DNA from: Octopus sinensis
Lineage: Eukaryota
Reading direction: 5' to 3'
Length of the DNA: 64,000 bases
NCBI RefSeq assembly: GCF_006345805.1
Contig: NC_043004.1
Span: 88,288,001-88,352,000, forward strand
Shown here: positions 14,900 to 29,722 of the stretch, one piece after another
Position numbering within the stretch: position 1 is the first letter of the stretch
How the letters are laid out: each line of letters opens with the position of its first letter
Made by a program: the position numbers and the translations under genes
Notes under the pieces: model-generated
What the model was told of the DNA's origin: nothing
Database searches by the model: none
What the model saw: the letters and a program-made list of their open reading frames with translations, nothing else

Positions 14900-15290
14900 A
14901 CCCCTCTACAGCGTGACAACCGGTGTTGGTTTGTTTAAGTTCCTGTAGCTTAGAGTTTCGGTAAAGAAGAGTCCGATAGAATAAGTAGAAGGCTTAATCA
15001 AATATGTACGCAGGTCGATTTGATCGACTAAAACCTTCAAAAACGGTGCTCCAGAATAGCCGCTGTCCATTGATTGAAACCAGCAAAAGTGTAAAGAAAC
15101 AAGGTAAGATGAAAGAGACACACGACAATCTTTCACACAGTTTTCGTCTTCCAAATTCACTCGCAAGGCATCTATCAACGCGGTGGTAAGGAAGAAGTCA
15201 CTTGCTCAAGGCACTACACACAATAGGGCTGAACCCCTAACCAAGTGGCTGCTATGCGAACTTCTTAATCACATAGCTATGCCTGCGTCC
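14900..15290 (-). mobile_element. SINE family B (diverged)
   Basis: Family consensus blocks visible. Confidence 0.65.
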
Positions 15291-15601
15291 ATTCAAACAC
15301 ACACACACACACTCTCTCTCTCTCTCTCTCTCTCATACAAACATACAGATAGACAGACATTCAGGCAGATAGAATATCACAAAGGCGGGAAATTTTTTTT
15401 CAATGTTAGAGACGATAAGCTATTTGACAATGAGACGAAAGATCAGCAGTTCGAATTCTCTGTCAAGTACAGAGCTGTGTCTATGGCTTATCTATCACAA
15501 ATTTTTCTGACCAGCTGACTGTTGATCTTGTTATCAAATTAGCTGCCGATTTCGTAAACACTTGAGCATTCGCGTGATATGTTTCAATATTATATTTAGA
15601 T

Positions 15602-15937
15602 GTGAAGGCGCATGGCTCAGTGGTTAGAGCGTCGAGCTTACGATCGTGAGGTTGTGAGCTCGAATCCCGGACCGGGCTGCGTGTTGTGTTCTTGAGCAAA
15701 GCACTTTATTTCACGTTGCTCCAGTTCACTCAGCTGTAGAAATGAGTTGCGACGTCACTGGTTCCAAGCTGTATCGACCTTTGTCTTTCCCTTGAATAAC
15801 ACTGGTGGCGTGGAGAGGGGAGGCTGGTATGCATGGGCGACTGCTGGTCTTCCATAAACAACCTTGCCCGGACTTGTGTCTAGGAGGGTAACTTTCTAGG
15901 TGCAATCCCATGGTCATTCATGACCGAAGGGGGTCTT
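15602..15937 (+). mobile_element. SINE family D
   Basis: Matches 11190-11523. Confidence 0.85.
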
Positions 15938-15950
15938 TATATTTAGATAC

Positions 15951-16248
15951 GTGGAGGCGCAATGGCCCAGTGGTTAGGGCAGCGTTTCGATTCCCAGACC
16001 GGGCGTTGTGAGTGTTTATTGAGCGAAAACACCTAAGGTTCTACGAGGCTCCGGAAGAGGGTGGTTGTGAACCCCGCTGTACTCTTTCACCAAAACTTTC
16101 TCTCACTATTTCTTCCTGTTTCTGTTTGACCTGTATTTCAAAGGGGCAGTCTTATCACACTCTGTGTCATGCTGAATCTCTCCGAGAACTACTTTAAGGG
16201 TACACGTGTCTGTGGAGTGCTCAACCACTTGCACGTTAATTTTACGAG
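15951..16248 (+). mobile_element. SINE family E (TGGAGGCGCAATGGCCCAGTGGTTAGGGCAGCG)
   Basis: tRNA-like head; second partial copy at 53753-53833. Confidence 0.75.
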
Positions 16249-17020
16249 AAGGCCACGAGCCCAAGGTGCAACGCAGTGGGACTGAACCCAGAACCATGTG
16301 GTTAGTAAGCAAGCTTCTTACCACGCGAGCTTCTTTCGGTTTCCGTTTACCAAATCCACTCATAACGATTTGGGTTAGTCCAAAGCTACAGCAGAACACA
16401 CTTGCCCAAGGTATCGCACAGTAAGACTGAATCCGGAGCCATGTGACTGGAAAGTAAACTCCTTGCCCCACTGCCATGCCGGCACCTGTACTATCGGCCA
16501 TTCTCGTGGAAGTTAAACTAAAAGAGGTTTTCAAAACCTTGTTTTTAGAATGCCCAGAAAATTAACAATATACCCGCAAAAGTATGTCGAAATGGTTCAA
16601 TTTCGACCAGATGTCGATACAAGAACAATTTTTTTCCAGATCTACTCTCTTTGGAAGCTATAGAAAATACTTGTCTTGAAAATGTCAAATCCATTTTCGT
16701 CATGCACGTCGCATCAGGTAACTGAGAATTGTAACCAGAGACATTGTCGTCCAGAAAACACATTAAGCGATTCTTACCAAATTTCAAGGTCAATGTAAAC
16801 CAAGGGTTCTCAATCATTTTTTTATCTATGGACCCCTTTGAATACTGTTTTACTCTGGTAGATTCCATCACCATTCGATATTTAAAAACTAGTCTTATAG
16901 AAACTTCTTTCAAAATTCCTATTTTGTTAATCTCACATTAACTTGTGTAGGTTGAACTATGTAAAATATTAGAGAAAGAAACCTGTTTCTTGCAATACAT
17001 ACAAATACATACATTTAAAG

Positions 17021-17352
17021 CAGGGGTTCTCAACCATTTTTTTTTTTTACCTATGGGCCCCTTTGATTACTATCTTATTCTGGTGGACCCCCATAGCCAC
17101 TCGATATTTAAAAACTAGTTTTATAGAAACTTCTTCCAAAATTCCTATTTTTTCCCCACACAGAAACTTGTGTAGGTTGAACTATGAAAAATGTGAGAGA
17201 AAGAAACCTGTTTTTTGCAAAACATACCAATACATACATCTAATGTAACAGTTTTTTCAGGGTCCTTAAAATACTATTGGGAATCCCAAATTTACTATTT
17301 TGTTACATGGACTCCCCCAACAAATTTATATGGACTTGGTCGAGAACCACTG
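17021..17352. mobile_element. hAT-like MITE, preceded by a partial tandem copy (16801-17020)
   Basis: Termini CAGGGGTTCTCAACC / GGTCGAGAACCACTG; 8-bp flanks ATTTAAAG / AGGTAAAC match at 5 of 8 positions. Confidence 0.65.
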
Positions 17353-17906
17353 AGGTAAACAAACATCATCAGTTTTTTTATGCCACTCTGGAGAAATTCA
17401 GAAGAATCAGCGGTCAACATTTTCAAGCAAAACTAAGTCGGCGACCTAGGAGACACGTTACCGTGCCAGGCAAAACACTGTCCCAAGTTCAAATTCCACC
17501 GAGGTTGATTTTGCCTTTAATCCATTTCAGGGGTCAATAAACTAAGTACCAGTTAAGCATTAGTGTTGGCGTAATCGACTTAACGCGTCCCCACAAATTA
17601 CTGGCCTTTTGCCAAAATTTGAAACCGATATTTTCAGGCGGAAAAAGTTATTTTGTGCGGTATCACCTACCTCATACATTGTTTGGATCCTCTTTCAAAA
17701 ATCCATCATACATTCCAGGTAAAATGTTCTTGAATTTAAATACTTGCCCGAGGAGTCAGACTTTAATGTGAAAATTAATCAATACAATTTTTGTAAATGT
17801 ACGAGATTTATAGTTCAAATATTTCGTAATTTGTTTCTCACTGTCACGTACGTCACGCCAGAATGGCCTATATGCTTATCAAACTTTTACTATCATTATC
17901 TATCTA

Positions 17907-17907
<1 letters not shown>

Positions 17908-17971
<64 letters not shown>

Positions 17972-17979
17972 GCTATCTA

Positions 17980-18016
<37 letters not shown>

Positions 18017-18157
18017 GTGTGTGTATTTATAAATGTATGTATCTATCTATTTCTCTATTTTTGTTTGTATTCATGTATACATATATGTGTGTACGTATCT
18101 ATTTTCATGTATGTATTTATGTATGTATGTATGTATGTATGTATGTATGTATGTATG

Positions 18158-18250
<93 letters not shown>

Positions 18251-18520
18251 GTCCGTCTGTCTATCTGTCTATCTATCTATCTGTATGTCTGTTTGTCTGT
18301 CTGCCTGTATGTATATATGTATGTATTATCTATATCTCTCTTTATTTTAAAGTTTGTATTCATATAGACATATATGTACGTACGTATGTATCTATTTTCA
18401 TGTATGTATGTATGCATGCATGTATGTATATATGTATGTATCTATTTTTATGTATGTATATATGTATGTATGTATGTATTTATATATATCTCTTTCTCTC
18501 TATATATATCTATCTATCTA
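17908..18520. repeat. compound (TATC)/(TGTC)/(TATG) microsatellite
   Basis: Direct reading. Confidence 0.95.
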
Positions 18521-19300
18521 CTTATCACTGTGTGAGTTACTTGTAGTTGTGACTAGCTGAACATGTATTGGTTGTGCATGCGTGTGCATGACATTTAACA
18601 AAGATATCTTATTGGTAAATATCGAAGTACTCATGCTTGTTCTATTGATCGATATACGTTTTGACCGATTCCTTTGTCGAAGTCATTTGATATCTTTAGT
18701 ATTATTTATTAACTACCACCATCCTGAGATCACCGCCATTTTTTTTTCTTTTTGTTCTTTATATATCTCAAGGCTAAAACATAAATTTTATAAAGTTGCT
18801 CCTACAATACCACTGATTAAATAGTAAATATGGATCCTGCTATGACCTGCTCTTGATATATATTAAACAACAACAACAATAACAACAACAAAAATATATG
18901 TAGTAACCATACTTGTAATGTCAATATCATTAAAGAATGCCAAAGGTCTGTTCTCACTCTTTGTCTACAATACTCCCATTCTCCCCCTCTCCCTGCTGCC
19001 CCTCTCACTCTCTATCATGTTATTTTTCTGGTAGTATATAGCTTACAATTTAAACACTGTTGCTTTTGAAGTGGCGAAAGCAATAATACATACATACATA
19101 CATGCATACATGTATACATACATACATGCATACATACATACATACATACATACATACATACATACATACATACTTACATATATATATATATATATATATA
19201 GGTATATATTAATAAGTTACACTTACATATATACATACACACACGTGTATATATGAGTGTGTACGAAAACTATACATATTTGTATATGTCTATTTATCTG

Positions 19301-19364
<64 letters not shown>

Positions 19365-19520
19365 GTAAATTGTGTTCCATTTACACACGCATGCATGTGT
19401 ACACATTCATATATGCACACATGCATCTTCTACCTCTCTGTTTCTTCTTCATTTGCTCTTCTTGTCGCTTATACTTTAAAATTTAAACATTGTCAGCTTT
19501 GAAGTGGCTAATGCAATATG

Positions 19521-19627
<107 letters not shown>

Positions 19628-19890
19628 ATTGATTGATTGATTGATTCATTCATTCATTCATTCATTCATTCATTTTGTGTGCTTGGGTATTAAAGAAATC
19701 AAGGCAAATATCTCTTATACTCTGCAACCTTACCGCCACAAAAATGTCTGCTTGAAAATCTGTCATAACTTTAAGGTCTGAATGGTTGAAGATTAATTGT
19801 TTTATTAATTAATTGATCAATTATGCAAACAAACTATATAAAATATTTTCATATTTTTATTTAGATATCCATGCATGCTTGCATCCATCC

Positions 19891-20014
<124 letters not shown>

Positions 20015-20094
20015 GTCTGTCTGTCTGTAAGTCTGTCTATCTGTAAGTCTGTCTGTCTGTCTGTCTGTCTTTCTCTTTCTCTCTGTGTAGTAAG

Positions 20095-20465
20095 AAGTTC
20101 GCTTCCGCAAGCGGTCAAGGCACGGAAGTGCCGTCTCGCCGACATGCCCAAGATGTGGGCAAAATAGGGAAACCGTCTTGCACGCATTCGTGGAGTGTCA
20201 GGAGTTCCCGGGACTGATAGCTTTTGTCGAACAACTATTGTCAGTGATGGGAAGAGTACAGCTATCAGCTGAGTCTATCATCGAGATTGTGATACCGCCT
20301 TTCTTTAACAGGGAAAGGAAGGCTTGTTTTCTCTGCGTAGTAGCCATACTGAAAGAAACAGTATGGAAGACTTGTGTGAAAGGTATAGTGACAGGTACCT
20401 TTGCCTCTGGCCAGGGGCTGGTTAAATTTTTTAGTTACTATCTCTGTAATAAGATCAGGCTGGAG
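20095..20465 (+). mobile_element. L1/Tx1 LINE ORF2 C-terminal zinc-knuckle fragment
   Basis: CPRCGQ..ETVLHAFVEC (CxxC..H...C) followed by VAILKETVWKT. Confidence 0.75.
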
Positions 20466-20494
20466 AAGAAGTGTCTGTCATGAGATATGTTTGT

Positions 20495-20760
20495 GAAAAG
20501 ATGGAAGCCCGTATGAAATAAAGAGGTTTGCTTCCGAACCACTTGGTTCTGGGTTCAGTTCCCACTGTGTGGCACATTGAACAAGTGTCTTCTACCGCGG
20601 GCAGACCAGAGCCTTGTGAGTGGATATGGTAGATGAACACAGAAAGTCCATTGCGAGTATGCGCGCGCGCGTGTATGCGCGTCTGTATGTGTATTTTGTG
20701 TCGGTGTGTGTCGTCCACCACCGCTTGACAAGTAGTGTTGGTGTGTTTACGTATTCTGGG
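20495..20760 (+). mobile_element. SINE family B (diverged)
   Basis: GGGTTCAGTTCCCACTGTGTGGCACATTGAACAAGTGTCTT. Confidence 0.7.
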
Positions 20761-21834
20761 TTACATTTCTATCCACATCTTGTTTCTTACCGCAATGATT
20801 TTACCGCAATGCTTTTACACGTGCAAAAGTTGTCAAAATAATGACTGTCCTAATTTGATATAATAGACAGACTCTAAAGTATTAAAGCAGCAAATAATTA
20901 CTAGAATACAGTAAAGCCGAAGGTTAGTGAAATATTACCTTTCTTGTAATGCCTGATGGAGAAAATAACTGATTCTCTGAGAAAAATGTAACACACTCCG
21001 TTAAAGAATGTATTGTTTTTAATAGATATTTACCTTGATTCATGTGTCCACCTCCAAATGTTTACTCTTCAGTTAATACTTAATCTCGGTGGTTCTTTCA
21101 CTGGTATTTTAATTTTAGTGCGTAACATAAACCACAAAATTTCTATCATCTCATTGTATGATTATTTAATACTTATCCTTGATTATTTCTATATCCACGA
21201 ATATAAATTCAACACCGATTCGAACTAGAATATTTTCTTCATATTACTTTCAAATTTGGCCAGAATTTCAGCATATGTCGGAGAAGTGTATACGTTGATT
21301 ATAACTTAGCAATACGGCAAAAGAGACTGGAAGAATAACTGCCAGGTTTAAGATAAAAATTAAGTACTGGGGGTCATTTAATAACTAAACGCTTCAAGGT
21401 GGTGCCCCAGTATGGCCGCAGTCTAATAAATGAAATAAGTAAAAAAAAAATAGAAAATATATCTAGAAATGCATTATCCATCGGTTCTTTTCCATTGTCA
21501 AAACAAAAGACAGTAATTTGAGGGAAATGTGTCCGCCATTTTTCGGCAGGTTTAGCGATAGTGAAGAAGTTCTGTTATGATGCAGCAGGATTTCTGAAAT
21601 TACTATATATATATATATGATTAGCCGTCATTGTCAACATATTCGGCAGCCAATGAGAGAACCTCTACGTGACTACTTGGTCGATCTGCCGGAAATAACC
21701 AAATGTGCCTTCGTGTCTTTAAGAACGGAAAGACATATCTTGTCCTATCTACAGTGTGAAGGAAAGAGATAATGTAGCCCTATATACGGTGACAGATATG
21801 CATAAAAAAATAAGTGCTGCTACTGCTACTACTA

Positions 21835-21881
<47 letters not shown>

Positions 21882-22725
21882 ACTCTGCCAGAAACCGTCG
21901 ATGTAATAAAATTATATGAATACAATGTGTCTTTGCTTTCAGGCAAAAATTCACGTTAAAAATCATGAAACAATATTATTAAGAAGCTAACAACAAAACC
22001 AACAACATATGCTGTATAGGAAAACAAAGGGGAATAACTACTTACTAAAAGAAGATAAGAATAGCCCGTCACCGCCATTCTGTAAGATTTTCCAACCGTG
22101 AACGCATATTTGTCTTCAGTAGAGCGACGGTTTTCTCTCTAGCTAACTAACCGATCAATTAATTGGTTAAACAGCTCTGCTGTTTAACAAGTCCTTCGTT
22201 GTCTCATGTAATTGTGTCGTTGCTGTAGGCTAATATTTGCTGATATTAATAAAAACACTGGTTTATTCGTTTGGAAACCCAGTTGGGTAAAAAGCCAGAG
22301 GTGTTGAGCTAATGACAATTTATGTTATAGAATTATATCCGCTTCAAATATGAGTGAATAAAGCGACCAAATGTTCTGTCGGAAGAGATACAAATACGCT
22401 TCTTTTATTAGATGCTATTGTTAGGAGTGAGCTCTCCCTAGAAGATATCCTGGTAGCAGGTGCGGTTAAATGAAGCTGCAAATACTTGAAGATAGTACTC
22501 ATTGAAATGTCTATAATAAGAAGTAAAATTCTTCTCTTTAATGAAATAGATAACTTCTTGAGAAAATAATCCATTGTGGAACTAGTAAAAGATATAGAGA
22601 ACAGAACAGTACTTGGAAACTAAAACAGATTAAAATTTCTTTTTCATATAAAACAATTCGTTGCTAAAATGTATTTTTTGGTCTGCAAAACCACTGATCA
22701 AAAGTATATGCATATACATCGATGC

Positions 22726-23003
22726 CGAAAGGCAAAGTCGGAATTTGAACTCAGAATCTAACAGCAGATGAAATTCTTTACTACCACAAGGGGTTAAACA
22801 CAGAGAGGACAAACAAGGACAGACACACGAATTAAATCGATAATATCGACCCCAGTGCGTAACTGGTACTTATTTAATCGACCCCGAAATGACGAAAGGC
22901 AAAGTCGACCTCGGCGGAATTTGAACTCAGAATGTAACGGCTGACGAAATACCGGTAGGCATATCCCCCCGGCGTGCTAACAATTCTGCCAGCTCGCCGC
23001 CTT
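22726..23003 (-). mobile_element. SINE family A
   Basis: Consensus match. Confidence 0.85.
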
Positions 23004-23029
23004 TAAAAGTTAGTTTCCTTGTCGAGTCA

Positions 23030-23260
23030 TACCGACTCATGAGGGCTGGTTTTCCGGTTTCCATGGCGTATATAATCCCCACCTGGACAGGACACCGATC
23101 CATCTCATGATTACTCAATTTTGCTAGTTGAGTAGGCTGGTGCAGCGTGAAATAAAATGTTTTGCTCAAGATCACAATGTCTCGCCCGGTTCAGGAATCG
23201 AAATCACAATCTTACGATCATGAATCCAACACTTTAACTACTGAGCCACGCACCTCCACA
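23030..23260 (-). mobile_element. SINE family C (tRNA head, TCTTGAGCAAAACA block)
   Basis: Homologous to 23750-23992 and 60585-60820. Confidence 0.8.
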
Positions 23261-23282
23261 GTGGAAAAATAAATAATCCTTT

Positions 23283-23675
23283 TTACTATAGGCAGAAGGC
23301 CTGAAATTTTAGGGGAAGGGAGCCAGTCGATTAGATCGACCCCAGTACGCAATTGGTACTTAATCTATCGTCTCCGAAAGGATGAAAGACAAAGTCGACC
23401 TTGGCGGAATTTGAACTCACAACGTAGCGGCAGACGAAATACCTATTTCTTTACCACCCACAAGGGGCTAAACACAGAGAGGACAAACAAGGACAGACAA
23501 ACGGATTAAGTCGATTATATCGACCCAGTGCGTAACTGGTACTTATTTAATCGACCCCGAAGGGATGAAAGGAAAAGGCGACCTCGGCGGAATTTGAACT
23601 CAGAACGTAACCGCAGACGAAATACCACTAAGCATTTCGCCCGGCGTACTAACGCTTCTGCCAGCTCGCTGCCTT
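23283..23675 (-). mobile_element. SINE family A, tandem/dimeric
   Basis: Two successive central domains. Confidence 0.85.
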
Positions 23676-23749
23676 GGAAAAAATAAAACTCAACTCGAGT
23701 CGATACAAGCTAAGAAAATGTTTTTGTTAAATGTTTCTTCCTGTTGGTA

Positions 23750-23992
23750 GAGGCGCGTGGCTTAGTGGTTAGGGCGTTGAACACATGATCGTAAAGTTGT
23801 GGGTTCGTTTACTGCACCGGGCGATGCGTTGTTCTTGAGCAAAACATTTCATTTCGCGTTGCTCAAGTCTACTTAGCTGGCAAAAAAATGAATAATCTTG
23901 CGACGGACTGGCGTCCCGTCCAGGTGGGGAATTTCTACGTCACTGAAACCGGGAAACTGGCCCTTATGAGCATGGCATGGCACGAGAAGGAA
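23750..23992 (+). mobile_element. SINE family C
   Basis: AGAGGCGCGTGGCTTAGTGGTTAGGGCG head. Confidence 0.8.
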
Positions 23993-24366
23993 CATTTTTT
24001 TTCTTCGTGTTGCGTTGTTTTTCAAGTTAAGTCGCACATCATGAAAACAGGCACCGACATGAGTTGAGTTATGCCTTTACTTGGAAAGCAGGAGGCCATT
24101 CTAAGATCGATTTGATCATAAGACAGATTCAGCTGCATATACTTGAACATTTTTATTTTTACGGTTATAGAAAATAATCACTAAATCTCAATTAAATTCG
24201 AAAGGCTATGTGGTTCAGAAGATCAATTGTTAATTACTTGGTTTCGGATTCAGTGCGCATGTGTCTTCTGTAAAAGCCTCTGTTTGACCATTGCTTTGTG
24301 AGGGAATTTGGTAAACGGAGAAGCCTATGTGGAAGCCTGTTGTGTACGCACACACACACACGCACG

Positions 24367-24405
<39 letters not shown>

Positions 24406-24408
24406 GCA

Positions 24409-24454
<46 letters not shown>

Positions 24455-24695
24455 ACATGGTAACTTCTACTTCATACAGAAGAAGGCTATCTCTTCAATT
24501 AGTATGGCTTTGGCTTCGAACAAACAGAACCTATCGCAGATGTTACAAGCATTTTCAGACAGAAAAGTATCTGGGATTGATGTCGAGGTCTGTTTACAAT
24601 TTTCTGGTTTCGAGTTGGAGCGTTCAACTTTTCGACCTTCATAGTATATCACTTCTTTCTAAACCGATCGATTTTCCGTTGTCTGCTGCTATATA

Positions 24696-24743
<48 letters not shown>

Positions 24744-24908
24744 AAATATTAGGGAATAAATCCAAACTTACAGGGAAAAATTAGCTTTTTTTAATAATTT
24801 TGATATTTATTTTAAATAATATAAGTTAATTAATCTTATGTATTGGCTTAAGTTTTTCATTGTATGATTTGCCTAATAGTGGTTTTATCTCTAATTTAAT
24901 ATTATATA

Positions 24909-24981
<73 letters not shown>

Positions 24982-24983
<2 letters not shown>

Positions 24984-25295
24984 CGCAGGAGTGGCTATGT
25001 GGTAAGTAGCTTGCTTACCAACCACATGGTCCCAGGTTCAGTTCCACTGCGTGGCACGTTGGGCAAGTGTGTTCTACTATAGCTTCGGGCCGACCATATA
25101 TATATATGTATAGGTATGTGTGTCTGTTTGTCCCCCCAACATCGCTTGACAACCGATACTGGTGTGTTTAAGTCGCTGTAAGTTAGCGGTTCTGCGGAAC
25201 AGACCGATAGAATAAGTACTAGGCTTACAAAGAATAAGCTCTGGAGTCGATTTGCTCGACTAAAGGCGGTTCTCCGGCATGGTCGCAGTGAAATG
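24982..25295 (+). mobile_element. SINE family B with internal deletion
   Basis: GGCGCAGGAGTGGCTATGTGGTAAG head; GCATGGTCGCAG..AAATGACTGAAACAA tail. Confidence 0.85.
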
Positions 25296-27046
25296 ACTGA
25301 AACAATTTAAATGTATATATACATACATACCACCATACATACATGCATACGCCCGATAGGCGGCTTTTAAACTAGCTCCTGTTGAGGGCTCTTCATTGGG
25401 CCTTGGGCCCAACAGTAACACTTCGTGCATTGAGTACATATTACATTTTATTAAACTTGAACGATATTGAACAATTTCCATCAAAACAATGATATAATTT
25501 GTAGACTTGGAGCTTATTGCAAAGCTCCATGATAAGTAATATTTTTGTCTTCCCATTCAGGGTCAGTACAGATAGCTTGTTTACATTACTTACCCTTCAA
25601 CAACCAACATATAGCTGGCCGTAGGCAACAATAAGCTTACCTTTAAAAACTTCAACGATAATTCTTCTGCGCCGCTTAATTTAAAGACAATATGATGTAC
25701 GCATGGCCTTACTTTTCGTACAAACAATTATTTGTAGTACGGTACGTATCTAAACTCCTGATCGTAGTTTGAAGGAAAATTACACTACTGTCGCTAAACA
25801 CTATTTTAAAGTGCGATATTTATGGTTTGGAATTGCTCTAAATGTATTTGACCATAAGGATATTTGAAATTTAGTATTTTTTAATGTAGTAATAAAATTA
25901 GTCGAATCTATTTTCATGTAGTTGGAGTGCGCTATACATAACTCCGACGGCCGACAGCATGAAAATAGGTCCGACAAATTTTATTAATATCTGAAAAAAT
26001 ACTAAATTTCCAACATTTTTATGGTAGAGAGTTATGAGAGATAATATTGTATGGAAGAATGAATTCAATACGTATTTCGGTTCCGAACGTTATGAGGCAC
26101 GTGCTATGGTGAAGTTACTTGATGCAGGTAGATGTGTCATTGACTAGTGAGAGAGAGGTAAAGTATGAGGAATAGTAGAAGTGTCATTGAATAGAAGGAA
26201 CCGGAGGAGTAAAGCTTAAAACTGTGACACACTGACACACTGACATTCGCTTTCGCATTTATTATTATAGATGTATATATATATATATTTATATATATAT
26301 GTACGCATGTATGCACGTCTGTATAAGTGCATTTCTGTTTGCGTTTGTCCTCTATCACCATCAGACAACCGGTAATGGTGTGTTTACGCTTGTTTAACAG
26401 TTTAGCAAAAGAGGAGAGATAGAATAATTACCACACTTAAAAAAATGGGGTCTAACTGGTCGACTAAACTCTTCATGGCGGTGCCCCAGTATGGCCGCAG
26501 TTCAATGACTAAAACAAATAAAAGATAAAGGCTAAAGAACATGAAATACATGCGAGAAACTGCATTAAAAAAGAATCTTTAGCATAGAAAGTTATTTGTG
26601 ACATGAAACTGTGGCACAGTTTTACTTCTGAATGTTATGTGGTCGTCAGTTTTCGCCTGGACCGAGATGACATGAGTGTCTGATGTGAACTATTGATATT
26701 AAGCTTGAATAGAATGTTCTAGCTTAAAGAAGACGTGTGAAGAATAGTGTAATTTGCAAAGGTGTGAGGAAAATTGATGGTAATTGGTCAAAGGAATAGG
26801 CAGTGATCTTTTGTCGTTCGTGTGTATATCATGTATATATATATGTATGTGTGTGTGTGTGTATGTTTGTATATGTGTATTCACATATATATATTTATAT
26901 ATACATACATATATATATATATATACATACACACACACACACATATATATATGTATATATGTATATATATATAGGTATATCTATTTGTCTGCCTGTCTGT
27001 CTATGAATAAAGATGTATACATCTATAAATCTCTCACTCTCCCCCC

Positions 27047-27089
<43 letters not shown>

Positions 27090-27253
27090 CATACATACAT
27101 ACATACATACATGTATGTATGTATATCTATCTATCTATCTATCTATCTGTCCGTCTCTCTGCCTGTCTATCTCTCTATATATATGTATACATCTATAAGT
27201 ATCTCTCTTTCACTCTCTTTGTATATACTTTATACCTATATAAACATGTATAT

Positions 27254-27295
<42 letters not shown>

Positions 27296-28177
27296 CATAT
27301 ATATATATATATATATATAAACATATATATATATATAAACACACAAACACACACACATATATATAAACTCACATACACACACATATATATAAACACACAT
27401 ACACACACACATATGTACATGTACTGTGTATGTCTATCTTTGTATGTATACATATATATGTTTGTGTGTGCTTGTATGTCTATACCGTAACTAGAGAAAA
27501 AATACTGGCTGTTTTCAAGTTACACTTTGTCGTTTGATTTACTCCAATCAAATGCAATAGCTTCGGGCTAACCACACTGCAAGTTTTAATGATGTATTGT
27601 GGAGAACAAAGAACACAATATTAAAACATTTAATCCAGATTCATTGTTATTTTTAAATATCTTATCTACATTGCATTTACTTGCTTTTAAAGGAAGCGAG
27701 ATGCAGGTGTGGTTTCGAAAATCTCAGAATCTAAAATTACTTTATCATTCTTGTTACTGAGGAGTTTTATTTCAACATTCTATTGTATCTCTCAACTATA
27801 AAATACGTAAAGACAGAACAATAATGTGAAAGACTGTGTGTGAGGCGGTGAGAGAGTTAAAGGAAATTATTGAAAGAGGAAACCAGAAGTATGAGAGTAA
27901 AAGACAGAAAGAAAGCTTGAAGTGGAAAAGAAAAGAAAATATGCCAAACTAAGGAAATAGCGTAAGAGAATTAAGCAGACACTATCAATTATAAACAGTC
28001 CACCATTAACTTAACAAATAGATTTATAGGTGTGTAGCTTTTAATAGAAATCAACGCAGAGGAAAACATCGCGAAAATAATACGTAGCAAAAGTTGTTCA
28101 TTTTGCGAAGGTCAATAAATGTGAAACGGTTATGTTGGTGGATATTGCTTTGTATTTATCGTTGAAACAGGGATTTA

Positions 28178-28602
28178 GGATCTTTTCGGTTTGAACGGCA
28201 GTTTTTAACACAATTTCTAGGTAACTAAAAAATTTAAACTTCGTATACTAGTAGAATGTGTTTATAAAACATCTTTTTCCCTTGGCTTTATTGAGAAAAT
28301 TCTATAGTCTGTAAGATATTTGTTGTTTTTTTTCTTAAATTTCTGCAATTTCAACCAATCACTGACGTCTATTGAGGTAAAAAACATTCTGTGCCGTATG
28401 AATATGTCCCTCGTTTAAGAAACAGATTGGGTTTATTTACATTTGTGAAGAAAAAAAATGCCCTTCCCCTACCCCTAACTCTAACTAACCCTAACCCTAA
28501 AACAGATTGAAATGCAATGGATCGATACTAGGGTCATAATTATGGGTGACAATTTCATATGACACAGCTAGAAAAAAACTGCCGTTCAAACCGAAAAGAT
28601 CC
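28178..28602. mobile_element. non-autonomous DNA transposon (MITE) with perfect TIRs and 8-bp TSD; Merlin-like
   Basis: TIR GGATCTTTTCGGTTTGAACGGCAGTTTTT at both ends. TSD GGGATTTA at 28170-28177 and 28603-28610. GG-starting TIRs with an 8-bp TSD fit the Merlin superfamily (inference). Confidence 0.85.
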
Positions 28603-28839
28603 GGGATTTACAATCAAAACTAAAGAATACTAAACTAGATACTGTAAATACTTATATCAATTCCCTGCTAACTTTGATTTGACACTGCTGTTAATATTGC
28701 TGTCGTTTAGGCCCAAGTTAGACTGGTCGAGAAAGCCTATAATGGATGGTGTTCAAGACCGTGACCACCCCGCCTATTTTCAGTCAAAGTGCTTCTAGGA
28801 CCACATTAGAAAATTCATTTTTTTGTCAAGTAATTCTTG

Positions 28840-29200
28840 CATTGGTGTGACTGCGTGGTCAAGGAGCACACTTTCCAACTATTTGACTTCCAGTTCGGTC
28901 TCGCTGCGCGGTGTTTTGGGCAAGTGCCTTCGACAATTGGCCCGGGCCGACGAATGACTTCCAAATGCACTTGGCAGGTGGAAACTGTACGGAAGGCCGT
29001 TATGTGTGTGTGTGTGTTTTCCCCCACAATGCTTGATAATCGGTGTCGGTTTGTTTGCGTCACAGTAAGATAGCAGTTCGGCAAAAATAAGAATAAGTAC
29101 CAGGTTTAGAAAACTTAATACTGGAGTCTCTTCGACTAAATCCATTCAAGGAAGTGCCCCGGCATGGCTGCAGTCCTGTGACTGGGACAAATAAAAGATA
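28840..29200 (+). mobile_element. SINE family B (diverged)
   Basis: Family blocks visible. Confidence 0.6.
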
Positions 29201-29681
29201 AAATTTTCACGTGTGTGATTTAATAGAGATTTGGCGACAATTTCTAGGGGGTCGAATCGCGGCGTAGAAGGTTCACCCGGTCGCCAGACGCGCTGCTTAT
29301 GTTGTCGCTGTTGTTGTTATAGACACCGGCCAATCTTGATCGAACAGGCGTCTTATAAACACGTTCCAGTCGTGTAGTATTTGATTGACGATATGGTGTG
29401 ATTTAAGGGAAGTTTGGCTGTTTTTCCCGCTGCATATTCGCTCTCCCGTCGTCTCGTTCTAACTGGTTACTTACGATATTTCCGTTCATCGTTTGCTGTT
29501 CAATTACTATAATGTCTAGCTATATTGCTCGGATATTTACCGGACAATTAGTTAAAGTGTTTATATGTGAACAGGTATCTGGGTATCCATCTGATTGGTT
29601 GTTATATGTCATTGCTTTTTGAATGACAGTTATAAGAGATAGTTGTAGGTCAACGGGAGTGACATGCAAAACAGAGAGAGA

Positions 29682-29722
<41 letters not shown>

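Noticed and set aside
11190-16000. tRNA-like heads of SINE families A-E as functional tRNA genes
   Set aside because: They lack a complete cloverleaf or acceptor stem and continue into repeated SINE bodies.
22344-22574. Non-repetitive 76-aa ORF as a possible host exon
   Set aside because: It has no recognisable domain in any frame I read and no convincing splice-site pair, so it cannot be supported without RNA-seq or a homology search.
24600-24690. Possible hammerhead on the minus strand (CUAUGAAG..CUCGAAAC)
   Set aside because: The core is incomplete (no CUGANGA) and stems I and III do not pair convincingly.
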